64,000 nt of DNA from Orbicella franksi. Lineage: Eukaryota. The stretch covers positions 16,802,001-16,866,000 of the forward strand of contig OZ116702.1 of the NCBI GenBank assembly GCA_964199315.1, in the 5' to 3' direction. The notes below the pieces were generated by a model that had not been told where the DNA came from, searched no databases, and saw only the letters and a list, made by a program, of their open reading frames with translations. Below are positions 50,534 through 61,252 of this stretch, in pieces (the first letter of the stretch is position 1; each line of letters opens with the position of its first letter). Made by a program: the position numbers and the translations under genes.

Positions 50534-50656
50534 ATCTCATGGGATCCCTGCACTAAGTGATGATGAAATAGAATTGAGAATTAAACGAGACTTACCTGTA
50601 AGTTGAAGTTTGATGGTAATTCTATCGAGTCATCACAAGGTGTAAGGGATCACATG
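50534..50656 (+). repeat. DIRS internal complementary region (ICR)
   Basis: Reverse complement of the left end joined to the right end, with the junction ATAGAA|TTGAGA at about 50568-50579. Confidence 0.9.
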
Positions 50657-51579
50657 CCTGCCCTAATTTTGATCGACCCACCCTAACATATACTTTTCAG
50701 TATTTGTTCACCTCTTTGAAAGTTGACTTCTGGGACTGGATTATGCAATCTCATGTGATCCCTTACACCTTGTGACGACTTGATAGAATTACCATCAAAC
50801 TTCAACTTACAGGTAAGTCTCGCTTAATTCTCAATTATATGTATTAATGTGTTATGTGTATTCACCATTCTCAAATTACATATCAGCAGTATTTTTCATT
50901 AGGCAAAGAATTATGTTTCAAGATGTGGTGCTATGATTGTCCCTCAACACACATCCACTTTATAGGGCTGCAACAGACATAAAGAAAGCATAATCCCTGA
51001 CTTTTACCTTCCAAAATAAATACAAAGAGTCAGATATACCAGCAACTTTCAGCCTCCTTTATGCCTATCCTTTTTAGTGCAGAGTACACTACTTAGTCCG
51101 GCAGCATAGCTTTTGAATTGTGCGATTTTCAATACAAGCACCAAACCTTTTAGGATTATGTACATTGCCATACTGATCAATTCCTGTTATATTGCCAGGC
51201 TCAATTTGATAATTCCAGCTAGTTAGCGATAATTAGTTTTCACTGATTAGACCCCCCGCGAACTTCTTCTGAGAATTAACATTTTTCCTTTACTTTTTCA
51301 CGTTATTAATGTACGTATGATTGGAATTGTTATTTTTCTCCCTTTTTTTATTCAAGTAGATGTAATTTTCCATCGAAAAATGTTGAACGAAAGGCCTTAA
51401 TTTTCATAACTCTGCATTTCTTCTTTATTTCTGCAACACTTTCTCATAGTTCAGATGATAGGAGTAGCATCACATTGTTTAGTGCAGAGTGCACTACTGG
51501 GATGGTTTAGGGGGCTGCTCTTTCAGTCAGGCACTAATGCTATAACACAATAAGGTGTAAACTTTAATGTTTGTCTAAT

Positions 51580-51660
51580 TAATTAATTTCAATTAATCAA
51601 TTAGCCTCATGGGAACGGGGGCTTGGTGGGGTAGCTCAAAGGTGCCCGTGTGCATTGTGC
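51580..51660 (-). mobile_element. L2/CR1-type LINE 3' tail fragment
   Basis: Minus strand gagctaccccaccaagcccccg..gaggctaattgattaattgaaattaattaa resembles a stem-loop plus simple tail. Confidence 0.35.
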
Positions 51661-52326
51661 AAAACGTGTCACACTTACCTTACTTTCTTTAATTACATGA
51701 CAAATATATATGTGGTTTTGCAAGTCTCATGCTCTCCTTCTGATGCTATTCTCTTAAGAACAAAAGCAATTTGCTCCAAACGCATGCACAGATTAGTTAG
51801 CGTCAAAAGTCGGCTGTATGTTAGGTGCAAGATACATCTCATACAGGACTACCCACGAACATTGAGTTCTTTTCCTTTTGGTAGAACATAACATGTAAGA
51901 CGCATGCATTCTAGCATTGCTAGTGTGATAAACTCTGTTCTCGAGTTCAGATGCACACTTTTTTTATTTTTTGTAATGAGTGATACCACACTCTCGTTTT
52001 GGCCGGGGATAGCAGCTATATTTCAGGTAACGTCAGTGCTCCTTTTTAGTTGTGAAGAACGCTACTGTGTCTTCGTATCTTCTGGATCTTCCCTAACTTG
52101 ATTCAAGAAATGTCGTCTGTTGTGTGTTTGCCAAGGCTCAAATAAAGAATGAACACATATTGCTTCTCCTTAGCAGCTTGTTTGTTTCCTCTTCTACAAA
52201 GACTCAAAAGTTCATATTCAGCTGAAACTTTCCCGCATTAGTCACACGTAAAACAAGTAAATTTGTGACACAAGAAACTTCGTTATTATTGTGGCAGACT
52301 CCGTGGCACTTACTGAAACCGTCAAT

Positions 52327-52748
52327 TAATAAGTTTATTATACATTGAACTATGTCTTTCCTGATTGGCCGAAAGCGTATGGTGAATTTTTGAAATCAGC
52401 GCCCATGATGTCATAACTGCAGATTATACAATAATCATGTCAAGGACACTCAAGGTCACAGGTAATCATGTCATATATGACTGAAGTGCATGATATCTAA
52501 GGGCAAACATGTCAAGTTCGCGCACTTTGTGCTGCTTGCTGTCATTGAAGAAGCAAAAACATGACTTTCATTTTTTTTCCGTTCAGTGTATAATAAAACA
52601 ATTACTAGATTCGGTTTTTGTGATATGTAGAATAATGGAGGTCTTGGGAAGGGTTATCTTCCTCAGCCTTCGGCTTTGGCTGATAACCCCTACCTCGACC
52701 TTGATTATTCTGGATATCACAAAACCCTCATCCAATAATTGTTTATTA
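52327..52748. mobile_element. Non-autonomous Helentron/HINE-like interspersed repeat
   Basis: Short hairpin GGTTATC..GCCTTCGGC..GATAACC nested within subterminal inverted repeats (GATAT..GAATAAT..AGGTC / GACCTTGATTATTC..ATATC), ending AATAATTGTTTATTA in a T/A-rich site. No ORF. Confidence 0.5.
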
Positions 52749-53989
52749 TCAGTTGATGAGGTGACTCGCTCACCGATGTGGGATATAATTTCAGTCAAGT
52801 AAAGATCTCTTCCTTCAATACCTCTTGTTGAAACTCTCCTCAGTTGTATGTATTACTTGATAGCATTGTGTATTTGTTCAACGTGGTGTTATTGTTAACA
52901 CTGAAGCTGGCAACAGAATAAGAATGCACTATCCTGTGACTCGACGTGACTTTTTGATAATTAGATTAGTTTTGTTTATTGGTGAAATGAAAATTTGTGT
53001 TTTAAATAAAGCAAAATTGTTCCTCTTCGACTTTTCAGCAGATATTTATCTTTTATATTCCATTTATCTCCAGCAGTGAGTAAAAAAATAGACATCTTTC
53101 TTATATTTTTGTGGAAACAAAGGTATCTTGTTGCATACATTGGCGAGGAAAACAAAAGTATCAAATTACAAATGCTGGCATGAAAAGTAAAATTGTCACA
53201 TTTGCTACAAAATGAACGAAACTCTACATAAAATACCATGATAAATTATAGTTAGCTGGACTGCAGGATAGAATACTAAAGTGTGCCAAATCCATTTAAG
53301 CTAATAAATTTTACCCAGTAAGTAGGTTGAATTTTCCCAAGAGAATTCTCTTTTAGACGTCACGCATGTAAAAATGATACGTATCCTCAGTTCCATTGTT
53401 GTTGCTTTTGCTTTGCGTTTTTTTTTTTTTTGCTGTCAAGTAAAACATACTGCAACCATATAATGATCGATGCCCTACTCTAAATTAATTTTGAGACTTT
53501 TGCTAACACTTTGTTTGCTTTTGGAAAGTGTGACAGAGTAAGAGTACATTTTCAGTTGATGATGAGCATTCTGATGAGTCTGAGGAACTTAGTGAAACAA
53601 AGCAGGTTTTTCGGATGAGTTAATATAATTATTATAACAAAAAGTTTCAAATTGTTAGTTGTGTTCTATGGCTTTGTTTTTGACAGTCTGAAAAAGTCAG
53701 TCTTAAACTCTTTGGTTTAGAACTCAGTGCTCTTAGGAGTGAAAGGGTATCTGCCCTTATAGCAATTATTAGTTGTTAAACTTGTATGTCTCCCTGTTCA
53801 GAGAGTGTAAGTGCACGTAGTATAAGTTGATGATGATTGTGATGATAAATTATGATTGACAGATATATGTTGTTGCTATAATAAGAGTCCATATATTCTT
53901 TTTTTCAATAAAGAAAAGTTTATTCACCTACTTGACATTGTGTTTTCTAGTTGTTCTAATGTATCAAGATTGTTAAAATAAAGGAATAT

Positions 53990-54435
53990 TCCAATGATTA
54001 TCCAATGAATACCAGCACTTTACAACGTTGGAAAATTTTTCTAGCACACCATTGTTGCTAAAGAATAATAACTATTCCATTAATTTTCCAGTGAATAACA
54101 ACATTTCCCAATATTGGGAGATTGTTACAATATACCAACGTTGGTGCAACAAAATAAATATTCCAATGGTTTTCCAACAAAAATGAGCATTTTCCAAGGT
54201 GGGGAAATTGTGCCAATATACCAAGATTGGTAAGACAAAATGAAACCTCCAATGATTTTTGAATCAATATTATTACCTCCCAATGTTGGGAGATTATTTT
54301 AACATACCAACATTGGTATTTATATCACTCCTCCAATGTTGGTATTCCAGTTAATCTACCAATAATATCCCAGTATAAAACCACTGATATTCCGAAATTA
54401 TTCCAAAATTGGAATTTCACTTTTTTTCCTGTGGG
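53990..54435. repeat. Array of CCAA-NN-TTGG palindromes ending in a TTTTTTTCCTGTGGG terminus (EnSpm/CACTA-like end)
   Basis: cccaatattggg, ccaacgttgg, ccaagattgg, cccaatgttggg, ccaacattgg, ccaatgttgg and ccaaaattgg within about 330 bp. Confidence 0.55.
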
Positions 54436-55399
54436 AGGAAAATACAAGATGAACAGAATAAAATGTGTTGTTTCTTAGTGGAGACAACGATAATGAAAAT
54501 GACCTCACCCTCAAGAGCGAGGTCACTGTGTGCTGTGAAGAGGTAGTGACGTGTCACTACCTGAAGTCAATATGCAGGCCATTACAGTTAAATGTAAGTT
54601 GGTTATATGTTTTTGGAGAGGTTGGGTAACTATTTGAACTTAATTTAAGTTAGATATTAGGGTGGTATAGTGTATTTTTTCTGAAATGTTAACTTGAAAC
54701 AATGCCCTAATCAGTTTTTGTTATTCATTATTTTGTAAAGTGCTGTTTAAGTGAAATATGTCTAAAGTTTCATGATTCTCCATACCAAATGATCTCAGTG
54801 TAATCTTAATGCATTGCCAAGACACTGAAAGCACAGTGGATACAACTCTTCATTGTACCTGCTAATTCAAGACCTCCAAGAACAGTAATTGCACATTTAA
54901 GTTTGTTCATGATTGTATATGTTCCACACATGCATGCCCCATGACAACATGTTATGGTATGCACCTGTTCAACTAACAATGGATGTTACTCTAAATATGC
55001 TGCTAAAGACATCTTCCAGAAACCATTCTCCACAGTCTACATTTTTATTACTAAAGAAGAATTCCGAAAAACAATTATGGATGTCACTTTAAATATGTCA
55101 TTCAAGTCATCTGCAAAAAGATCTGTTCAAATCAGACTCTGCTGTGTCTCAAAGCAAGAATGATGACAAACCCAGTAAAAAAGACACTAAAGAGGTTACT
55201 CAAAAACAGTGCCAAGGCATATTATACACTGTTAGCTGTACATGTGGTACACAAGATGGAAATCAAAAGAACAGACATCAGTTAACCAAGTTACTGTCAT
55301 TTATGTAGTTAATATATTAAATAAATAACCCTAATTCACCCTCGATCACTTTACAAAGCATAAAGGTCAGTGGACAAAGTAATTCAATGTCAGGAACAA

Positions 55400-55512
55400 A
55401 TCATTCAAATCAAACAAAACAAGGTTAAAACCCTGATATAACTGGCAGAAGGCAAACCAGTTGGCTATTTACAAGCTTAGCCAAGGAGTTGAACTTGGGT
55501 CTGCCTGAAATA
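55400..55512 (-). mobile_element. SINE 3' fragment
   Basis: aactggcagaaggcaaaccagttggctatttacaag..ggagttgaact matches a tRNA-derived SINE body I recall from cnidarian genomes. It has an adjacent simple tail. Confidence 0.5.
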
Positions 55513-56209
55513 CTCAGCCATGCTTATTATTTTGAGATAATTATGTGATGTGGGCTGCGCAGTCCAAGAATCAATGTGTCATTTGTAAACAACGAAGCAT
55601 AGTATTTAGTATTGCAATCAGCAGAAACTGCCAATAAAGTGACCTGCTAGGAATGCTGAGATAGTCCTAAGTTAATTTACTTAGTACTGTGTGAAAGCAT
55701 GGCGATTGTCCACCACAGTTACTGTAAAAGCTTGCTGTTTACCATTAAAAGCATTAGGAGTAAAAAATGTACGTTTGTGTTGAAAAAAGTGATGTCAAGT
55801 TGTTTTACTGTATTGAGTGCACACACTCGCAATGATAACATTACATGAATGACTATTGATCAAGGTTTCTACAGTATCTGCCATATTTGACAAGGGGCAA
55901 AGCCCAAGCTGTCTTGGGGACTACTACAGGTCACCTATAAGTAGATGACTAGATTAACTGCTGTACATTATTGGGTTGACATTAAAGCCCATAGCACCTG
56001 TTAAAGCAGAGTATGCTTGGTGGGCCCTAATGTTATAGATGAACTTGCCTATTGCTCACTAAGCTGGCACAATTCACATAAACTAACAAGTTACATAAAA
56101 GCAGGAGGCGACTCAAAACGTAATGATAACCCTGCATAACACTCTGCACTATATGAGATTGTCTCACTAGTTCTCCTTTTTACACACTGAATGCGTGAAC
56201 ACTTACCGC

Positions 56210-58891
56210 CAAGATGTCATGACAACATCTGCTTTTCCTCGGTTATGTCGGTTACTGAGCTAAACCATGCCTGATGAGGCATTCAACTCTCGACAAACCT
56301 AGGTTGGCTTACTTTTGATTTTGCCGCCATTTACCAAGGTTTGCTGCTGTGTTTACACAATTAAAAATTTCACTTCAGTAAAGTTAAAACAAAGCCAAGG
56401 TACACATCTCTCATGAAAACGTGGGCTGAAAAGGACAGAACAGTAAAATGCACGCATTGTCTGGGATGCAAGTGGGACTTGCAGAATCATGCTGGCACAT
56501 TGCTAGCATTCTTTTTTACCTTAAGACCTGGACAAAGGTAAATGGAAGGCTTTCTTGCACACAAATGAAGTGCAGCTGGATACATCTAAGCTTCGCAAAC
56601 AAGGTAGAATACACTCAAGTCCGTGACATCAACTTTGAATCCGTTGAGAAAATGAAATTCGACCTTGACAAAATGCGAGCATCTCTCTGAAGACCTTGAT
56701 CTTTCTGGGATCTCGAAAGTCTACCCTGAAAGCCTCGCTCCCAAACCGGAAGTGCCAGTGCTCACACAAGCAGAAATGTAAGATTTTTATTCTAATCTCA
56801 GTAAACGCAAATCAAAACCTGTAGTGATGTTTGGTACCCCTATATGCTGAAAGCTACGTGCTACCCAGCCGAAAAATACCAACTATAATGGATTTAGAAT
56901 TGCCCTACAATGAACTGCTTAAAATGTGCCAGAGCACCAGCATTGAAGTTACAAAAGAACAAATTGACCAGGTGCAAAAAGACACTGTTTCACAGTCGAG
57001 TGGTACAAACTTATTCAAGCATAGAGCAGGGATAACTGGTGCCTCACAGAGTAAGGCTGTAGCACATTCAGACCCAGCACTGCCCTCCCTGTCTCTAATA
57101 CAGCAAATTTGTTATCCAGAACTACACAAGGTTAACACCAACACTGTGCGTCATGGGTGTAAGCATGAAGTTTCTGCAACCCCTGCTTCTGAAGAATCTT
57201 TGAAAAAACACACGTAAATTTCACGGTTGTCAAATGTGGTCTCTTTGTTAATGAAGAGCATCCCTGGATGCATGCTACCCCAGGTTTTTTATGTTCATGT
57301 GACTGCTGTGGAGAAGGGTGCGGGGGAAATAAAGTGTCCCCTCTGTTTGGAAAACTGCAACTTTGATTCATACATTTTGAAGCCTGCCCCCTGCATGGAA
57401 AAGAACAGTGCTGGGAAATTCATACTGGTATCCACACATGAATATCATTACCAGGTGCAACAACAGCTTTTTACTACAAAGCTAAACTACAGCTACTTTG
57501 TTGTCTGTGGAGTAAATGTAAATCAACTTAAGCTGGTATCGCAAAGAATTCTTCAAGATAAAGACCACTAGAACAGAGTTTTACCTAAATTGCACAAATT
57601 TTGGAGAATTTGTGTCTTGCCTGAGGTACTTGCTCGACGATATGCGAGAGGAGAGAATGTAACTGTGGATGGGACTCCACTAGCTGATGCTGTCTGCTAT
57701 TGCAGACAGGAAAATGTTGCGGATACTGTTGAGTGCTGCAATCCAAACTGTCCTATTCAGCGATTTCACTTATCATGTTTAGGAATTCATGCTATTCCCA
57801 CTGGTACTGCCCCAAATGCAGAGCTTTACCAGAATTTAAGCGAGGAAGCTCTAAGCAACATTCAGCTGGCATTATTGGTGAAGTTATGAAGCTGAACTCA
57901 ATTTGTATGTGCAAAGCTGTGGCCAAGAAAAAAGGACAAGCTGGTGAAGTGCTCAAACTCAGACTACACTAATGGGAAGTTTTTCCATTTATCTTGTCTA
58001 GGCAGGTAAAGGATGCCAAATAACAGTAAATCTTGGCAATGTCTAGTATGCTTTGTAGCAAAATCTCAGGAGCCCATGAGTGGTACACCAAGTAAGCCCA
58101 CAGCCATGAATGCAACAACAAGCACCAAGACAGTCACATGTGTCACAACAAACACCAGGCCAACAGTCACACATGTCACAACAAACACCAGGCCAACAGT
58201 CACACATGTCACATTAAACACCAAGCCAACAGTCACACATGTCACATCAAACACCACGCCAGCAACAAATGTGACAATGGACACTAAACCAACAGTCAGT
58301 TCTGACACTGAAGGGATAACAATTCTGAAAACTGTCTTTGGAAAAAGAACCCCCCGAGACAAGTATGTACTAGAGGGAAAATGGGGTCAGTATGAATATT
58401 ACCTTATTGCTTACCCAAATGGATGGCTGGACTGTGTAATTATACACAAGCCCCACATAATATTGAAGAGAATCTGTAACGGCATACAAGGATTTCAGAG
58501 GCCCACTCTTGGCCCCGTCCAGCAATTTGACATAATGACAGGACCATTTATTCAAACAGTTAACATTAATAACAATCATTGGATATGTTTTAGTAGCATA
58601 CATAGCCCCCCTGGTTATGTTGATGTCTATGATAGCCTCTCAACCCCAGTGACCCAAGAGATACTGGAGTTGGCTTATGATTTGACTGGACTAGCCTTTC
58701 AGGGAATTCGTCGTATTCTAGTGCAACAGCAAACAAATCTCTCTGACTGTGTTGTCTTTTCAATAGCTTTTGCAACAAGTTTAGTTTATGGACAGAATCC
58801 AATGAATGTATAATATGATATTTGTCAGATGCGTCCTCACTTAATGCAGTGTCCAAAAGGGGGAATTATGACTCCTTTCCCTACTACTTGA
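56210..58891 (+). pseudogene. ORF2: SWIM finger, YqaJ (lambda-exonuclease-like), two PHD fingers, Thr-rich linker, Ulp1/C48-like protease
   Basis: SWIM CxC..ESCWHIASILFY; YqaJ HATP(G)..CDCCG..EIKCP..YHYQVQQQL; PHD CYC..CCNPNC..FHLSCLG..YCPKC; second CMC..FHLSCLG..WQCLVC; Ulp1 NNHW, YDS, QQTN..DC. Confidence 0.8.
58130..58290 (+). repeat. 33-bp coding minisatellite (TVTHVTTNTRP)n, about 4.5 copies
   Basis: The acagtcacacatgtcacaacaaacaccaggcca unit repeats in frame in ORF 58013-58813. Confidence 0.9.
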
Positions 58892-59207
58892 ACTTGTTTT
58901 ACGGAACAGATTTCACATGACTGGAAGAGAAACAACATGCACCATAGCCTTAGTTATCCGACATAAGTGCTCAGAACACCTTATGGCATGAACTGGAGAG
59001 TAAAACAGTTTGCACTCATACAAAATCTGCTCTATAAAAATTAACTACAAAATGTTGAGATAAATTTTAAGTACCGAGACATTACGTTACATAGAAAAAA
59101 AACATTTCATTTAATTGAGTATCTGTCTTAAACCAACTAATTCAATAAAGCAGGTTGTGGTCATAACACAGCACATAACAAGAATTACCTATAAAAATAT
59201 ACTGATT

Positions 59208-61158
59208 TAATCCCAAGGTACAATACCATTGGACAGGTTTGTCAAAGCAACACAAACTGTAATAGTTCTGTCAATCATAGGAATTTTAACCTCTCAGGAA
59301 CCATTAGGATCACACTGCAGGAAGTCAATTGGTAAAATTCCAGAAAGAATTGTGTACTTTCTCCTTAACATCCCAATTACTCTTTCCACATGTATTCGGA
59401 CATTTGCAATGCCACAGGTTCCCTCAACATCTACTGGGTCCAGCTGGTCCCTCCCCATTGTAAATGCTGGAATAACAAGTTCAGCTCTGTGGAACATTAG
59501 GCTTTCCTGGATAATGAAGCCGCGGTCAGCCATATGTAAATCTCCAGGAAGTAGCGTTTTAAGAATCCTACAGTTGTCAGTTAGATACTTATCAGAAGTT
59601 CTGCCACCCTACTCATTTGGGGGGAATGAAATGCTTCCTTGTTGGGTTATTTAATTCCAACCAAACTTTTGACAGTGTTATGATTTTTGTAGTTGGAATA
59701 AGTCTCCTCTGGCCATGAGATTTGAAGGTCTATTGTCGTCCACTTCAAAACAATTGATTATCACAGTAGTTTTGTTACCAAAAGCAACTTGAAAACATTG
59801 AGGCATGGTTCCCCATAAATCTTCACCCTCTGGCCACCTTATTAAGGGCACTAATCGAACATCAAGAACCACCATCCAAGTAGAAAATATCTTTGAAACA
59901 GTTGCTATGGAAATTCCAAAGCGATAGGCAAGATCTTGCAGTTTGAGTCAACTCAAACAGCAGAAAATACAAAGCTAAGTGGACCACTCTCTGCATTTGC
60001 AATGTGTAAAGTATTTTTCCTTTTCTAACTTCTGTGTACATGTATATTGTCAACCCTATTTCCAGGTTCCAATAATGAAAGCTAAGGTGTCACATTTTTT
60101 TTATTTTTTTGACCTCTTTGTACTTTTCCTATATAAATATATTTTTTGTGTAGTGTATCCTTAGAGCTTCAGCGATATAAATGTAATCTTGAAATAAGCC
60201 TTAGTTTTCTGTGCTAGTAGTGTGCATGTGCGTTACTTTTTACAAATTATTTCTTGGTCTGTACTTTAAAAAGGTGAAAAAAAAGAAAGAATTGCAAGCA
60301 GTGTACTATTGAGTATTGTATTAGCATTATTTTTGTACGTAGAAGTTTAAATTGTAAGTAGTTTCAGCAGTGTTTTGTTGTGTTAATAGAAAGAAAGGCA
60401 AGATCCTGCATTGGCATGTTTAATTTAAGTTTCATTAGCGTGAGGGCAAATTCTTGAAACTGGGACAAAGTTGGCGACTTCCTTACAACGAATTTTGAAA
60501 CATTCTGTAAAATTGTTTGTAGGACATCATAAGCAGGAAATCCAGTGTAAAATCAAATCTTCTCGTTGTCATTGTGAAGTAAGTCTCATTGAATGGTGGT
60601 TTAACAGTCGAGGTGTGAAAGAAATAGTCCAACTCCTCTGTTTGAGTCAATGTCCCGTTTCAGTTTCCACTTCCATTGCTGAGTTGGCGTTGAAAGAAAT
60701 ATTGATGAACTTTTCCCCTGGTTCACCAATTTTTGTCTCTTGGAATCGATTTTTTCCCGAAGCCACTTTTCATTTTCTGCCACAACACATTTCATCTCTC
60801 AATCTCTGGCTCTCTTGTCTTGCTTTGGGGCATCTTCTTGATTGACTTGAAGCTTTTCGACAGAATCACATTTATCATGACCTAAATTTTGGGTTGGAAT
60901 CCAGTCTGGATTGTACCTATCACACAGTTTTGCCGCTTTTCCAAAGATAAAATGTCTACCACAGACTCATGCGTGATCCAAAATGCTGTCTGTGAGATCA
61001 TCTCGACTGATGGTGGAAATCCATTTTTTTCATCTTTACTCAGAGAGATTTCTTATTTCTATGCCTTAATTAGTTATAACTGAAGGTATTCTTGCTATAT
61101 CAATTCCTTTATCATGGATACTGTGGGTTCCACAGCCAAAAATTGCCCACAAAACCAT
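59208..61158 (-). pseudogene. THAP, HTH and DDE_Tnp_4 (Harbinger/IS5-like) transposase
   Basis: MVLWAIFGC..ISRDDL..VCGRHF..DWIPT (THAP); [17 protein letters not shown]; IINCFEV..RPSNL; [32 protein letters not shown]. Confidence 0.88.
59941..60395 (+). mobile_element. LINE 3'-UTR-like retro-insert with a 15-bp TSD
   Basis: AGGCAAGATC(T/C)TGCA at 59926-59940 and 60396-60410. The insert ends tgtaagtag..gtgttttgttgtgttaatagaaagaa. Excision restores [11 protein letters not shown]. Confidence 0.75.
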
Positions 61159-61252
61159 TTTTTATAATCTCACACGATATGTATTTACTGTTTACATGTG
61201 TACTAATATGGCGGCCAATTGTAAAGTGATCACGTGACTGAAGACGATCTAT

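Larger units (their letters stand above)
46085..50834 (+). mobile_element. DIRS-type tyrosine-recombinase retrotransposon, structurally complete, frameshifted
   Basis: Left ITR 46085-46149; right ITR 50723-50788 plus extension to 50834; ICR at about 50534-50656; ATT at both junctions; gag, RT/RH/MT and YR ORFs. Confidence 0.93.
56156..61250. mobile_element. ISL2EU/PIF-Harbinger-like DNA transposon with two convergent ORFs
   Basis: Right end ..CACGTGACTGAAGACGATCT followed by AT. The degenerate left end is AGATTGTCTCA at 56156. THAP-DDE transposase on minus and YqaJ ORF on plus. Confidence 0.75.

Noticed and set aside
54541-54562. Perfect 10-bp hairpin AGGTAGTGAC-GT-GTCACTACCT as a Helitron 3' end or terminator
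   Set aside because: No downstream CTRR and no associated element; an isolated hairpin of this size is weak evidence.
53990-58290. CRISPR-like arrays (the palindrome array and the 33-bp repeats)
   Set aside because: Eukaryotic context and no cas genes. The repeats are either about 10 bp with irregular spacing or directly tandem without spacers.
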